A DNA stretch of 54,853 nucleotides, filler included, from Sphacelaria rigidula (GCA_964200075.2; 4 parts of 4 records of this genome joined end to end with filler, not necessarily neighbours in it), one strand, 5' to 3'. Shown: positions 37,701 through 51,100, counted from the whole stretch's first letter. The notes: generated by a model not told the origin, from the letters alone. A program made the numbers and translations.

Positions 37701-40147
37701 ACCTTTGATTGCGAGATGACCATTTCAATACCTTGAATATCAAACCCCCTCAGGTGAGCCATAGACGGACAACTGAAAACACGAGGGGGGGTTAGAGACA
37801 TATTCCGGGAGACATGCCCCCGAAACCTCCGAACAGGGAAGAAACGTGGCGAGTGAGTGGGGAGGCGACGCATGCTACTGTTATCCCCCACCGGATCACA
37901 GTTGTACAACCTTTTTGTCCAGAGAAATGCGTACAATCACACATATATGGATATACGCATATATACGTAGATACTCGGACGCTGCCTAAACCAGGAGAAA
38001 CGACTCTGAGAACTCCGACACACAACATAGCTGCTATTTCAATCACCAGAGACATATTCAGCTCTGCAGCCCTACGTAGTGGAGAAAGGGATGAAAATAA
38101 CCCCGCAAAAAACGTGAAATTGGCGAACACACCACATGCATGGCAAGTGAAAAATGCATAAAAAGGAGACAAAGAATAAGAGCGCAGGACAAAAAAAAAA
38201 GGAAAACACATTCAAAAACGAGCGCGGGGGTGGAGACTGCGCCGTGATGACATGACAGCGGTTCCGAACACCTAGAATAGAATTTTCACACGAAGCAAAG
38301 GCAACACCATAACACAAAGCTTGCGGAATCATCAAATGAAGAGGAGAAAAACACAACTCAACAAGACGGGAAGGATGCGTCTTATAGTGTTACCATAAAA
38401 TTTCGAACAAAGCACAAAACGAGGGAACATGGCAGAAAGAAAAAGAAAGAGAAAAAACAATAAGAATGTATCAAAATACCAAAATAAGACGATACTAAAG
38501 TATAGGGAAAGGGAAAACAACACAAAACAGAAAAAAAAACACGAGATAAGAGAACGCGTATGCTGTCTTGTCACCGTCTCATCCCAGCTCAACTCACCGA
38601 AGAGCATGAGAGTAAGGATCAACACGAACGAGAACGACTGCGCGGTGAAGATGTCCGGGATGGCCGTGCTGATCAGCAGCCCAATGCTCTGGCCCACGAT
38701 CACCTGCTCAGCAGCATGTCGTGTATCACCACAGTTGGCGGTAATAACTAGGTTGTGACTTCTTCAAACATCAAAAGCAGTGCACGGATGAAACAATTGT
38801 AGCCCGAGATGCATCGATAGGTAAATACACAAAACACACACAGGAAAGACACATACACCAGGCAGGAACAAGAGCAACGACAGCACGTGCACTGCGGCTG
38901 CGACAGCCTCAACAGAGCGTGAAAATGACTAAACATATTTTGGGGAACCACCCCCCCCCCACCCCTAACCCCCCCCCCGCCGCCGCCGCCTGCCGCCCGC
39001 CTGGCCGCCAGATGCATGAAAAAAAAGCAAATGGACAACGACGATACAAGGCAACGACTTCGTAACTTTTACCAAGTCCTCGGTCAGACTGAATCCAGCA
39101 GCCCACAAAACGATAAGCCTAGAACACCATATGAAGATGACCTACCCGGCACCCAAGGCCCTGAACCTGCTATTTGGAACACCACGCCCAACAACCTCTC
39201 CGTGAAGATCTGAATAGTACATCTTTCCCTCCCCTTATTCCCCAGATCGGGGGGGGCATTGTGTAGTTCTGTACTGTACTTACTAAAACACTGGTCGTAA
39301 ACCTTCAGGGCAGTACATACTCCAATCCTGGCAAAAGCGATGTCCATCACCAAGGCGTACCTACTCGTGAGCAAACCGTGTGTGTGTGTGTGTGTGTGTC
39401 GTGCGTGTTTTCATCCATCCATTCCAAGAGCCTGTCTACACCTTTCGGTGTATGTAGGCGCATCAGCCGGGATCACACAGGAGAAAGGTCAACGCAGGAG
39501 ATTTTTCTTCTTTCCTTACTCCACCTTCCTCCTGCTGTGCTTGCCTTCCTTCTTTATCGTGAAGTTTCGGTTCGGCGGTCCCTTTCCCCCGTCGATCATA
39601 AAGTCGAATGCTGTGTATCGAGGATATGGTCACTCTCAACTGTTTGGCACAATATGAGGAACAAGAAAAAAAAGTGTGACCCGACCGAGCTTCGAACCCA
39701 CGTCCCAACCGACACAAGGTTTCAACACTACCACCTAAGCCACCGGGGCGACCACCACCAGTGTATGTGTGCATCGTAGAAACGCCAAAAATGCCAGTCA
39801 CTTCACTCTTCCTCCATGCTTTCTCCTCGAATAACAAAACATGCTAATTTTTACAACATCGTGACTCGTTCCCCCCCCCTTCCCGTACTACTACCGCGGG
39901 TTGTCAGCACACAGTTTGAATGTCTCGCCTGGCCCATGAAGAGCAGGAGAAAAATGAAGAAGTGTCCCGCGTCCGCTCGCAGTCCCACACACCAGTACAC
40001 CACCGTCGCGAACAAAATAGGCGCCGCCGTGTACAGCCCGATGTCGCTCGTGGACTTCGCTAGGAAGTAGGGACCGACGCGATACGATCCGGTCGATCGC
40101 TCGCGTATCATCAGGCCTCGTTCCGGCGGGAACACTCGCATGCTCGT
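34642..40147 (-). CDS. ABC transporter G family (white-like), ABC2 membrane-domain exons, partial at both ends
   Basis: Exons 40147-39929, 38703-38598, 37054-37015, 34702-34642 splice to TSMRVFPPERGLMIRERSTGSYRVGPYFLAKSTSD...FFIFLLLFMGQ|VIVGQSIGLLIS...LMLFG|GFYVNSENIPDGI|EWLQYLSFLFYGFGGLLTNE: the F..ER....RER..G.Y...YFLAK, LFGGF and WLQYLS...Y......NE signatures of ABCG membrane domains. ATPase exons and last exon(s) not identified. Confidence 0.93.
37015..37054 (-). CDS. ABCG 40-nt mini-exon (GGFYVNSENIPDGI)
   Basis: CTAG acceptor, GTAAGT donor; phases 1/2 bridge the flanking exons exactly. Confidence 0.9.
38598..38703 (-). CDS. ABCG exon (VIVGQSIGLLISTAIPDIFTAQSFSFVLILTLMLF)
   Basis: GCAG acceptor, GTGAGT donor, 106 nt. 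Confidence 0.92.
39378..39753 (-). mobile_element. tRNA-headed SINE, family E, with (CA)n tail
   Basis: Minus strand head GGTCGCCCCGGTGGCTTAGGTGG (A box) ... GGGTTCGAAGCTC (B box); (AC)n tail; body homologous to 13387-13639. Confidence 0.8.
39929..40147 (-). CDS. ABCG exon (TSMRVFPPER...LLFMGQ), probable GC donor
   Basis: GCACAG acceptor; CAG|GCGAGA donor gives a clean phase-0 join; 219 nt. Confidence 0.88.
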
Positions 40148-40405
40148 CTGTGCGAGACCGGTAACACGGGGTAGGGGCGCGGGGGGTCAAGAGGGAGGGA
40201 GGTGGGGAATCATGGAATTCAAGGACAGGTCTGTACGTAACAATGTGTTGCGGAAGCATGCCCAGGAGGAGAGCAGTGTTTGGCTCGTGGGTGGTTATTT
40301 CCTTCACAGTTTTCCCGAAACTTTCACTGTAAATATCCATCTTCCATCGGCACGTATTGTGTGCAAAGGACGCTGTTTGCGCCCAAGCTTTTCATTCACC
40401 TGCTC

Positions 40406-40475
40406 GTATTACCGCCGGTTATTGTGAGGAGACGGTCACCGTATTACCGCCGGTTATTGTGAGGAGACGGTCACC
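40406..40475. repeat. Perfect 35-bp tandem duplication
   Basis: GTATTACCGCCGGTTATTGTGAGGAGACGGTCACC x2. Confidence 0.9.
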
Positions 40476-41040
40476 GTGGGTGGACAATGAGTTCCGAATC
40501 GAGTGTTCTCGTAAAACTGCGCGTGCATGGCGGCACTGGGCCTGCTGCACCTATTGTGAACATTACGGATATTCTTCTTCATGAGTAACTCGTCGACATC
40601 TTTCGGTATGGTAGTCTCTGAAAAAAGTCAACCTATCTTGCCATCCGTTCACGTGATATTTGTGTCGGGTAATGCGGAACAGACAAAACAGAAGCTATAT
40701 TTTATTTAATGCGTGGAAGAAGACAAGTACCTGATTCTGCGGTACGTATGTGACATTATAAATGGTACAGCATGGTGATGGACAGATAAATGGAGTATAC
40801 AGCGTCTATATGGAAAGTGACACAGAATGAGCTGAACATGTTGAAAGAGTGAGTACGTGAGTGAAACAATTAGTAGATAAGCTGAGTTTGATTGACGAGC
40901 GCTGACGCAGTGCGGGAGTGCTGATAGTCATAATCCAATCCGCGACACAAAAATTCCTAGATGTAGGAACCGGGGAGAGAGGGGTTGATCCCTGGAGACC
41001 ATTAGACCATTAGACCATTAGACCACGGACTCGCCCCAAG

Positions 41041-41117
41041 GAGGGGGGGAGGGGGGGCGTGCTCATTTGTTGCTTGCCTTAGTCGTGTGACCATTGACCA
41101 CGCATCCCTTTCGAGAC
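41041..41117. repeat. Family B copy truncated at scaffold end
   Basis: GTTGCTTGCCTTAGTCGTGTGACCATTGACCACGCATCCCTTTCGAGAC then spacer. Confidence 0.85.
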
Positions 41118-41217
41118 NNNNNNNNNNNNNNNNNNNNNNNNNNNNNNNNNNNNNNNNNNNNTTAATTAATTAANNNNNNNNNNNNNNNNNNNNNNNNNNN
41201 NNNNNNNNNNNNNNNNN
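41118..41217. other. Artificial scaffold-joining spacer
   Basis: Identical 100-bp structure. Confidence 0.97.
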
Positions 41218-41604
41218 CCATGGGCCATCGCTTGTGGATGGCACCCGTGGTTTATGAAGTCAGTGCAGTCACAGTTGCAGAGTGAAAGCTATGGTTCATA
41301 CACACATGAATTTCTGTGTCGGTGAAGGTCGGAACCGATATGAATCTGTTAACATTTTACTCAACGTCCAATTCTTCGTTCCACTTTCTTCTTCGGCACA
41401 TTGTGAGCAAAAACGCGTCGCAGGCTTAGCACCTGTCCAGCTTTTTTGTCCATGCTAATGAAGGAAAAATGCAAGGTCACATTTCATTTCATGACACAAA
41501 CTCGATAACGCAAAATGCTTTCCCTTTGTTAGGTGATGTTCCCTCTGTTCTGCCAATGTGTGTGCGTGTGTGTGTTTTTTTTTTCATCCTATTATTTTGC
41601 ACAG

Positions 41605-42159
41605 GCTGGGGCATTAGAAAACGGTGACGCAATCGCTGTATCCGACGCTTCCGCTACCCCGTCGCCAACATCTGAAGCACCGCTGGCTGCAAGTGACACT
41701 GCCGATGATGCCGGTGACAGCAACAACAGCACACCATCGGCATTAACAGCAGCGTCAACAACGACAACGACAGCAACAGCAACAGCAACAGCAACCACCC
41801 AAGGGAAGCAAGAATCTGATCGCGATAAAGGCGAACATGACAGGAGCAGGTCAACCACCATAACGAACGGTAACAACGGCGACGATGACAAAGACGACGA
41901 CGGAGGACGCGGGACAATCGAGACCGCTTCTTTTTCCAACCACAACGACAAAAGTCACCAGGCAATCGCGGAGGGAAGGAGTGGCTCCTCGGCTGCTTCT
42001 CGAGACTCAGCGTCAGTCGTTGGGAAGTCCGATGTTGGCCAGGAAAATGGCGAAAGCGGAGTAGCAGAAACCCAGAGAGGGTTCCTGGAGGGGCAGCGAC
42101 GCGAAAGGGTTCGAGCCCTGACAGCATTGGTGGTGACAACGGCTGCTGAAGTTCTGCAG
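41605..42159 (+). CDS. PKS exon: acidic S/T/D-rich linker and start of ACP (..[18 protein letters not shown])
   Basis: TTTTGCACAG acceptor, CAG|GTGATG donor, within ORF 41533..42192, phase-0 join to ACP exon. Confidence 0.8.
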
Positions 42160-45100
42160 GTGATGATTTGGCCACGAGTGCGTGAGCTGTAGGAGAGTGG
42201 CGTACGGGCAGTCGGATATATGCACTTTTTTTGTCAAGGAAGGGGGGAGGGGGATGTCCTTCGGTATGCCTAACGAGGCAAGGGCAACAAACGACTCCTG
42301 GGTGACCAGCAAGTAACCGCAGACATGTGTCCAGAAGAACATTACGCGGGGGCGAGGGAAGAGGAGATTTCCTGTGTGCTTGACAAGACTGGATACATAG
42401 CGGCAGGGTACATGGGCGTTGCGGCGAGTGTTGCGAGTAGACACGGACGTCCTCCCTCAATGTCTGTTCAACCAGGTAGCCACGATGCAGCATCTTGACT
42501 ACCGTGAATTACGGTGTACACACATATCATTCGTTAGTGGTTTGCCGCTTCTCCTGGGCATCACGTCTGCGTGTAAGTTGTCGTATATGTTGGCCATCGT
42601 GAACTTTTTGCCGTCTATTTTCGTGTTAATTTGATACATCAATCTGCACAAATAAATACCCTCACACATGCATCGCACGCTTCCGTGTCGCCATATTTCA
42701 TGGTCATGTTCCACACCAGGGATCCACGATTTCGCCCGATCAGCCCTTGTTCGACGCCGGCTTCGACTCCGTCACAGCCGAAGAATTTGTGGGGAGGCTG
42801 CAGGAGAAGCTCGTCACTGGCGGCTGGGTAAAAGGTGCGGCGGCCGTGGCGGCGGCGGCTGGTGAAGAGGCTGATGAAGAAGCGGCGGCTGCGGCCATCG
42901 TAAATAGCACCACCGTGTTCGATTGTCCCACCGCGCAGCACATGGCGGAGCACATCGAGCGATCTGCTGCGGGAGACATTGTGGGGAGTAGGTAAGTTGT
43001 GGAGATTCCACTCGTTCATTCGTGTACTGGGTGATGCTTTCTTGACCCCTCCCCTGTCTCCGGAAGAACCCATAGCCGCGAGAGAATCGATTAACCCGTC
43101 TATCTTCCCCGGTGCATGCCTGGCATGTTGGTATCAAGATTTTGGGATGAAAACTCTCGCAGTCGGTCGACTTTCTGTACACTGCTGCATTTTTTTTCCC
43201 CTTTTTTGCCAACCCTCGTTACCGTATTTTGCGGATGGTGAAGACTAGGAGCAAGAAGATTGGTTTACTACTGCCGGAATTCAAAACTATACAGTGGGGT
43301 CAGATTGGAGTTTGGATGTAACGGTTTGATCACCGGGGGTGCGGCGGAAAACGGTGCATGCAAGACGTACGTGACTTGACCTGTTGATTGTTTTTTTGCA
43401 TTTTGATTGTCTTTTTGCATCTGGTTTTGTTTGTGGATCCAGATTGACGGTGCTCCACTTCGGAGAACACTGTGATCGCTATATTTTTTTTTGCTGCGAC
43501 ATGAGACAAGAGAAAATGAAACCACAGAATCACCCGCCTTTCCCGATGTAGAACCAACCGGTCGTGAAAACCTGAAAGACAAAAACTACACGTATTTCTG
43601 CCTTTTTTTCCTTCTTCTTTTTTTCCTTTCTTATCGTCGAATCAGCGTGTTGCTGTCGTACAGCTGTTATTCGTAAATTGTTTCAAAAGTGAACCGCCAA
43701 CCTTTCGTTTACAAGGTAGCACAGCGTTCGTTGATCTTGCCAACGTCTTGACATGAAGACATTTTTTTTCACGGGTAATTGCACAACCGTTTCCCAAACA
43801 TCCGCACAGCTAATCTTCCCGTGTACCTCCTACCCAACAACTCAACACCCCCAACAACCCAACACCCAACGCAACCACACCCAGTGCATCGGCCGCTGGT
43901 GGCGCAGGAGCATCTACAGCAGCTGTCGAGGGCGACGATAACACCTCCCTTGCAGTGGTGGGGATAGCTTGCCGTTTCCCCGGGGGCTGTGACAGCCCAG
44001 AGGCGTTCTGGGACTTCCTCAAGAAGGGGGTGGACGCCACCTCGGGAGTTCCATCGGAGCGGTGAGGGGCTGGATGGGAGCAGCGGGGGTTGTGTGGAAT
44101 TGGTGTTAGGTGTTGAGGAACGTGTGGTGTCTTTGATGTGCCTGTATGCATCGTTCGCCCGGAGTCGTTGACACAAGGTCGTTGACGCGAAATTGCGAGG
44201 AGGAGGGTGTGTGTTGTGTGCCCGTTCGTGTTATACTGTAATAGCATTTTTGCTTATTTGAGTTATTTTGACGTGCTTGTCGTCCACAAAGTCAACGCGG
44301 GCGTTCATCATGCACGGCCAGGCAAATCTGTGCGCATACACACGTAGTGATAACACAGTATATTGGAACATGCTCACCCATCGGTACTCGCCCCTTCAAG
44401 TGCATTTTGTTGGTACAGCGAGGGTCCCAGTACAGTGCGGTTCCTCTAAAGTTCGGGGTCCCATCGCAGTGCGATCTACAGCACTTGCCACAAGTCGGAT
44501 CCGCTATACAAACATCAAGTAAATACACCGTAAACGTATAATGCGGGGTCCCACCATCGTCCGGTCATGCCGGGCTGACGACCCACCGCGCTGTACTTGG
44601 ACCCTCAGGGTATTGTCGAGCCACGCAGGTATCGGAAGGTGTTGATATGTTCGTACACCGTAATTCACACGTGAAACGTGCGGAAGTCAGTCTTTGTGGG
44701 GGCGAGCTGTCTCCGCGTCGGTATCATGGACCCTACGGAACGTCTTGGAAGTCTGCTTTTTTTCTGAGTTGGAGACTCTTGGTCCCTCCGATCTCCCTCT
44801 GCCCCCCTTCCCTCAACAACTGACGGAATGTGATGGATGAACCAGCTGGAGTGCCGACGATGAAGAGGGAGACAAGGCTGATGATGGCAGCGTAACCCGG
44901 GGAGCGTTCTTGAAAGATGGCGCCGCGTGGGCCTTCGACAGCACGTTTTTCGATATTCCTCCGGCGGAGGCTCGCTGCATGGATCCTCAGCAGAGGATTA
45001 TGCTCGAGGTATAGTACTCTGACGGTGCGCGCAAGCGCTGGGAGGGATTTATTCTGTACAGTGAGTACCCACAGGTAGAGCAAGTGAGGTCTTTCCCATA

Positions 45101-48100
45101 TCGGCACTGCTTCATATACAGGAAAAATATCGGTTTTGTCGTCTGCACGTGGGTACTGTAGGTGGCAAATATCCTGTGATCCTGTGGATGTGACATTTGG
45201 CTTTGTGGAATGAATCATCACATGCAATATGTGCGCTGTGCGATTAACGTTATCGACCTTCTCTCGACAAAGCACAGCACAAAAAAGTGTGTTTCACATT
45301 CTGACACCCGTCCTTCATGTTGAAAAGTGAAATAAAACGATTCAATTGCCGTCTGAGATTGCAGACGAGAGAACCAGATATTGCGCAAGGAGGAATCAAT
45401 ATTCAGTAATAGGTCAGATAGTGATCGATCAAGCACTCATCCACCTTCATCATGTACGCCAGAGGGTTATGGTGGGGTAGAAACGCAGCTTGTGATACGG
45501 TGTGCGATCGATGGGCGGAGGAGTTGATTGAGCGTGTCGCACAATTGACTCCTTTACCACGAGTTCAGTCGTGAACACATGGGTAGGTGCATGCAAGGTG
45601 AACAAACGCAAGCAGAAGCATTGACTACGAGGAAACTTCCAGAAAGTGAGAAGAGCGAGAGAGATGGACGACAGAGGAGACGAACAGTGTACACTGACCT
45701 GGGTGCCAGGCATAGAATAACCCCGAACTCGATACATAGACAGAGCAGGCCCTGACTGGGAGAATTAGGTACAAGCTCGCGCAACATGCAAGACCATGAG
45801 GAAAAGGTGGAGCTCAGCTATCTGGAGGCCGTGCTATTATTTAGTAAATCTTAACCGCGAAATCTGAGGAAAGAAATCCCAATACAAGTACAACGCATGC
45901 GAAAAATGAAGACAAAATGCGAGGGAATATGACCAGGGGGGAAAAAAAAAGGCCGCCGGTCGAAAGCACCAGCCTTACTGGCTGATTGTCTCGAAAAATG
46001 AATAAAGCAACTTCACGACAGGGGAATAAGTACGTGCGGCTCTGATCTTGGGGGTAGGTTCCGACATTTCACCGCCCCTGATTGGGAAAAAAAAAGCGAT
46101 CATAGGTTCTCTTCCACTGATTGTCGTTAACACCGTCCCTTTCGCTATGCTACACTGGGGAAGTTTGTTCGCGTAGCGTTGTCACACTATGTTACCGACT
46201 CGTGTTGCACAATAGTAATAGCAATAGTCCATCACCTCACCACAAACAAATTTGCTTTTTTCAGCTTCCTTTCATATCTCGGGCATTCATCTGCCTCACT
46301 TTTTCATCGTCCCGATTGCTGCTGCGAACATCCGCAATGCGCAGGTTGGATACGAGGCCCTACATCGCGCCGGAATGAACAGGGAGAGTCTTCGCGGCAG
46401 CAATACGGGGGTGTTCGTGGGTGCTTGCGGGACCGACTGGGCGACTAGACTTGCGGAGGGGGCGGGTCCACCAAGGGGAACGTACACAAGGTGTGCTGCC
46501 ATAGTCCATCTCACACCCCCCAAAACGTGTTTGTTCATGTTACAGGATCTAAATATCCACTGCACCGTATGTGTCATGTTCTAGTGCTAAAGAGAAGGTT
46601 CAGGTACACTCGAGCGATTAAGGATCAATTTCAAGCACAGTACCGGTAGCGATGTACAGTACACTGCCCCAAATACGACTGTCGGGTTGGCCGAGGTGGA
46701 AGGATACCGTTGACGACTTCAAATCCAGTACATGTATATACCTGAATATATCTACTCCCCCGCCCCCTCCGCTCGACAAGTGTGACAGCGAACTTCGCAG
46801 ATACAGACACCAGTTTGTCTCGTTTCGAAACGTCCTCGAGAAGTCATCGTCGCTCATCACATTCGCCCACAAGGAGTGGCTATCCCGCGCGCACTTGTGT
46901 TGAGTTGCTGTCGGGCCTCATGTTGCGGGCATGTTGCGCGTGGGGGAAAATACGTGGTTTGCACTTCACGATGCGAACGCACTTTAGTACGTACGCTTAT
47001 CGCCATTGCTATTGACAGCAGTGCAGTGCAGTACCGTGCAATATTCTAGAACGATATTCCGCAGCTACCGCTTTCACCCCGTAGAACTCGGGGAAGCTAC
47101 TTCTCGGGTTTTTTCTTGGCGGATCTCTTCTTGTTTTCATTTTTGTAACATATTGGGTGATGACATTTTTTCTTCATAATTAGGATGCAGCCTCAGAAAA
47201 AAAGTTGACGAGGACTCTCATGTCTTGTAAAGAATAGCAAGGACGGTGTTGGAAAGACGAGCCTACGTCTGTGACCACGGGTTCGAGAGATCGGACTAAT
47301 GTGCGTAAAAAAAATGATAGTAATAGAATAATATAATAATAAAACCGCTCTATGGGATTCGACATGTGCACGCAAAATAGGCTGAAGAAGAGGCTGTCTG
47401 CACCCTCATGTTTGAGCTGTTCGTCTCACTTTACATTGATGCCATCCATGCTTGTGTTGACTTTTTTTATTATTATTTTTGGTTACGACTTAGTCTGCTA
47501 TGTCGTTCTGTTCGACGTTTTTTCTTCATGTTCCTTCTTTTCTTCAGAGCGTGTTTCGATTTCGTTTTTCTTGGGTACTTCTATCATGAGACCACGGGGG
47601 GTCAGTTCAAGTGCGACAATCAAGCAATCATTCGTATCCTGTCAGCTCCATCGCGCGTTTCAGTGGCGTACTTACTCCCTGCACCGGAGGAAAAGCTGTT
47701 ACAGGTTGATTCCTCGACCCTACAAGCTCATATCGAGGAAGTGGGCTTTTAGGAAGCGTTCGCCGATCACCCTCACGAACCCGTTCCCCCCCGTCCCCTC
47801 CCCCCCAAACTCCATGTCTTGTAACACCCTTTCTCTGCGCACCGCGGAATTAAATCCCAAAACGAAACCCCAAGAGCAACCCATTATCGTTTCCCACGCT
47901 TTCATACACGTTTCGTTGTGACAGCACCGGCGCTGCGTCTTCCATGCTGGCGAATCGCCTGTCCTTCGCTCTTGGCACCGTGGGGCCCAGTCTCACGATC
48001 GACACGGCTTGCTCCTCGTCTCTCGTGGCGCTCCGGGAGGCTTGTTTACATCTAAGGGCATCTGCGGCTGGGGGAAGACCCCGGGCGGCGTTGGTGGGCG

Positions 48101-51100
48101 GAGTGAATCTGCTGCTGTCCCCGGGCCCTTTCGATCTCTTCTCCAAGGTACGTTTTTAGCTTTACTCGTTTTAATATCGTACGTTTGTTTCTTCTGTGTG
48201 CTTGCGGTTACTTGTATGTGTTCGTTTTTTTTTCGGTGTACAGGATCAAACCATTTTTTGAAGGGAATGTAAAGTAGTAGCGTGTGTCTAGTTCGAGAGT
48301 GCCGGTTTCGAACGTTCGGCAACATTTTTTTTCCGCTTTACAAAAAGTGGCCAGGCAGACAAACAAACAAAGCCACCTCGAAACGACGAGATTTACAATC
48401 TCTACAGTGAACGATTTCGTTACACTTGAGGTGGCAGTTTTTTTCGAAATTCCAGTGTTGTGTAAAAATCCGAACACTTGTCGAGACCTTCGACGGTAGG
48501 GGTGCACTTTTTTTGGTCCAAAAGTTTTCTGAGGTTGCATAGTAAGGCCCAGGTGTTCGTCATGGAGAGGCTCCTGAAGTGCAGAGCCCCAGAAGAAAAT
48601 GTGCACCCGTACCGTGGAACCATTCTGATGTAAGTCCGAAGATACGCACTTTACATATAGAGACACTTCACGGCTTTTGTGCGAAATTCTCGGGCCCAAA
48701 CCAAACTGCATGCCCCGAAATTCGCCCCCGCCGCCGCCCCCCCGAGTGCGCAGGATTTCCCCCCTACCTCGACAATAGAGCTATTTATCCCGAGGTTACA
48801 TTTTTTCCGTCCGGATGTTTTTTGACGCGAATGACTCCTCCGATGATCATTTTTTTTTTTCAAGGTAAAATTGTTTTTTTGTCGACACAAGAAGAATCTC
48901 ATGATGACGTATAATTTTCGTTGCTTTTTGAGTTTTTTTGTTTTTGTTTATTGCTTTAGTTTTGAGGGTCCAAACACATTCGGCTGGTGTAGTGGAGAAA
49001 ACACGTGGCTTGGAGAATGTTGAGAAGGCGGCCACGAAGGCAATCGTGATCCTTTCACTGCCAACGGATAATTGCGGCTGAGTTACCCGGGCGACATGCT
49101 GTAATCTTCTCCGAGCATGTCTTGGCCACATTTTTGTCCAGCAGGCTAACCCCTGTAATGCCTGGCCCTCTAGTTGGGTTTTCGTTGGACGGATTCATAT
49201 CAGGCGCGTGGTAAAGATGTAGCCCGTACGCAACAGCAGGAAGCTTTGGGGTCGAGAGGCTGGTGCCACGCGTCCCCATTCCGTCATCATTTGTAGAGGG
49301 CATGAGCTGCGACCAGAGCTCATTAGCTGTGGCGCGCGGAGGCCACCATGAGCGGTGATCTTCGCCAGCAGTATTCATGTATAGAACGAGAATACCACAC
49401 GCGGTACACAGCCTGCGTTCGTGTCCATTATTGTTTTAGTTTGCTTTTATTTTGAGGTCTCAGAAGGAGGTGCTACAAGAACGCTTCGACTTCATGTGAA
49501 AAATGGTGGTGACGGGGCTGGAAATGCAAGCCTACTGTACGTTTATGACCGCGGTGCGAGAGATCGGGCAAACCTGCCAAAACAATACTGCCACGACGAT
49601 AACAACAACTACTATTACTACTACTACTACTACTTGTAGCGTCATTGTGTGTTACCTCTTCTTGGGTGGCCATGTTACTGTTCGGCCACGACGCTGCCAC
49701 TCGGCAATCCCACGCTAACGTCTAGAGCTAATCCTACTTGCCATAAACGATATTCTTTTAAAATTCCCGTTCGCGCCCGCGTCCAACCAGCGTCCGTCTA
49801 CGCATAGCCTATAGGTCATTTTCTGGTATCGAAGGTTTGAACTTCCTCTGCCTCCCTGAATTATTGGACCGTCAGCATCGAGAATATAAGGACCAATTAG
49901 CACTGGTGCGTTTCAAGGTACCACATGGAGCACTTTCCCGCACGTGACGATGGAGCGGAACCTCTAGCGGATACCGTATATTGACTCTAGTATGCGTTGA
50001 ATACAGTACCCTGCGCGATGCAGATCTGATGCTACAGTATAGCAACCCGTGTGCAACGAAAAATAGGTCATACTACAAGTACAGTCCCTTTGTTTGACGC
50101 TTGTTCCCCCCTCCCCGCGCGCGCGCCCTTGAATGTGGTGGCTCTTGCGTGAATCATCGGCGGCAGACGGGTATGCTGGCTCCCGACGGTCGATGTAAGG
50201 TGTTCGCCGCCGGTGCCAACGGCTACGGCAGAGGTGAAGGCTGCGGTGCTGTGGTGCTGAAGAGGCTGGAAGATGCAAAGGCGGACGGGAACAAAATCTT
50301 GGCTGTCATCAAGGTAATGTTGTCCCATTGATGGTACGGGACGAGTCCGTACTACAGCTTCGAGGGATGAAGCCATCTCTCTCCGGGTACCTGCCCCCAC
50401 TTTTTGATATCGACGGTCGGATCAGCACTCCCTACCCCCGTAGACATCCATAAAGTTTTCTTTCTACTCACGTCCTCGCGCTTCTAACAACCGGAACCGT
50501 TTCTGCCGCTGAAGATACCACTGCGGTCGAATCTGTCGGGCTTTGAATCCACCAAGTTCGCTCAAACCGGTCGTTGGTGTGCATCATCTTGACTACCGAG
50601 GCACGGCAATGTGCCCCAGTGCGTGTGAATATGTGACGGGTGGGGCTGATTTTGAGGAAGTCGTTGGGATGGCATTGTCGCAATGCATCGGCGCGGAATC
50701 GCATCTTTTTGCTCAGTTTGACATGACGGGGAGCACCCTGTGTGTGGATTGGTATGCGGACCATGAACGTTGTTCATCACACTAGTTCCTCAGTGTCCCT
50801 GTGCAGCAGGTGCGGAGGTGATGGACGTCATGATTGGACTGCATTTGTCTCTTTCGAGATTCCCCTGCAGACGTCGCGATTTGCTTTGACCTGCTTTCAA
50901 GATCTTCGCGCTATACCACGCCCTTCCCCCCCCCCCCCCCCCCCCCCCCCCCGCCCGGCCACCCACGCCGACGCCCGCCTACACGCCCATCCGCNNNNNN
51001 NNNNCCCCCCCCCCCCCCCTTGGATTGAAGTAGCTCGTCGGAACAAAAGCATTACACCAGTTGCTTCGCGCTTTGCACAACTCCTTGCTGCGTATATCTC

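Noticed and set aside
39670-39753. Possible tRNA genes here and at 13200-13275, 15745-15816, 20570-20640
   Set aside because: A/B boxes are present but I could not form a convincing cloverleaf, and most are fused to repeated bodies and tails; treated as SINE heads.
40406-40475. 35-bp direct repeat as CRISPR-like
   Set aside because: Two adjacent copies with no spacer in a eukaryotic context; simple tandem duplication.
50500-50800. VHGPH-like peptide reminiscent of Helitron Rep inside a PKS intron
   Set aside because: Only a few residues match and flanking motifs are absent.
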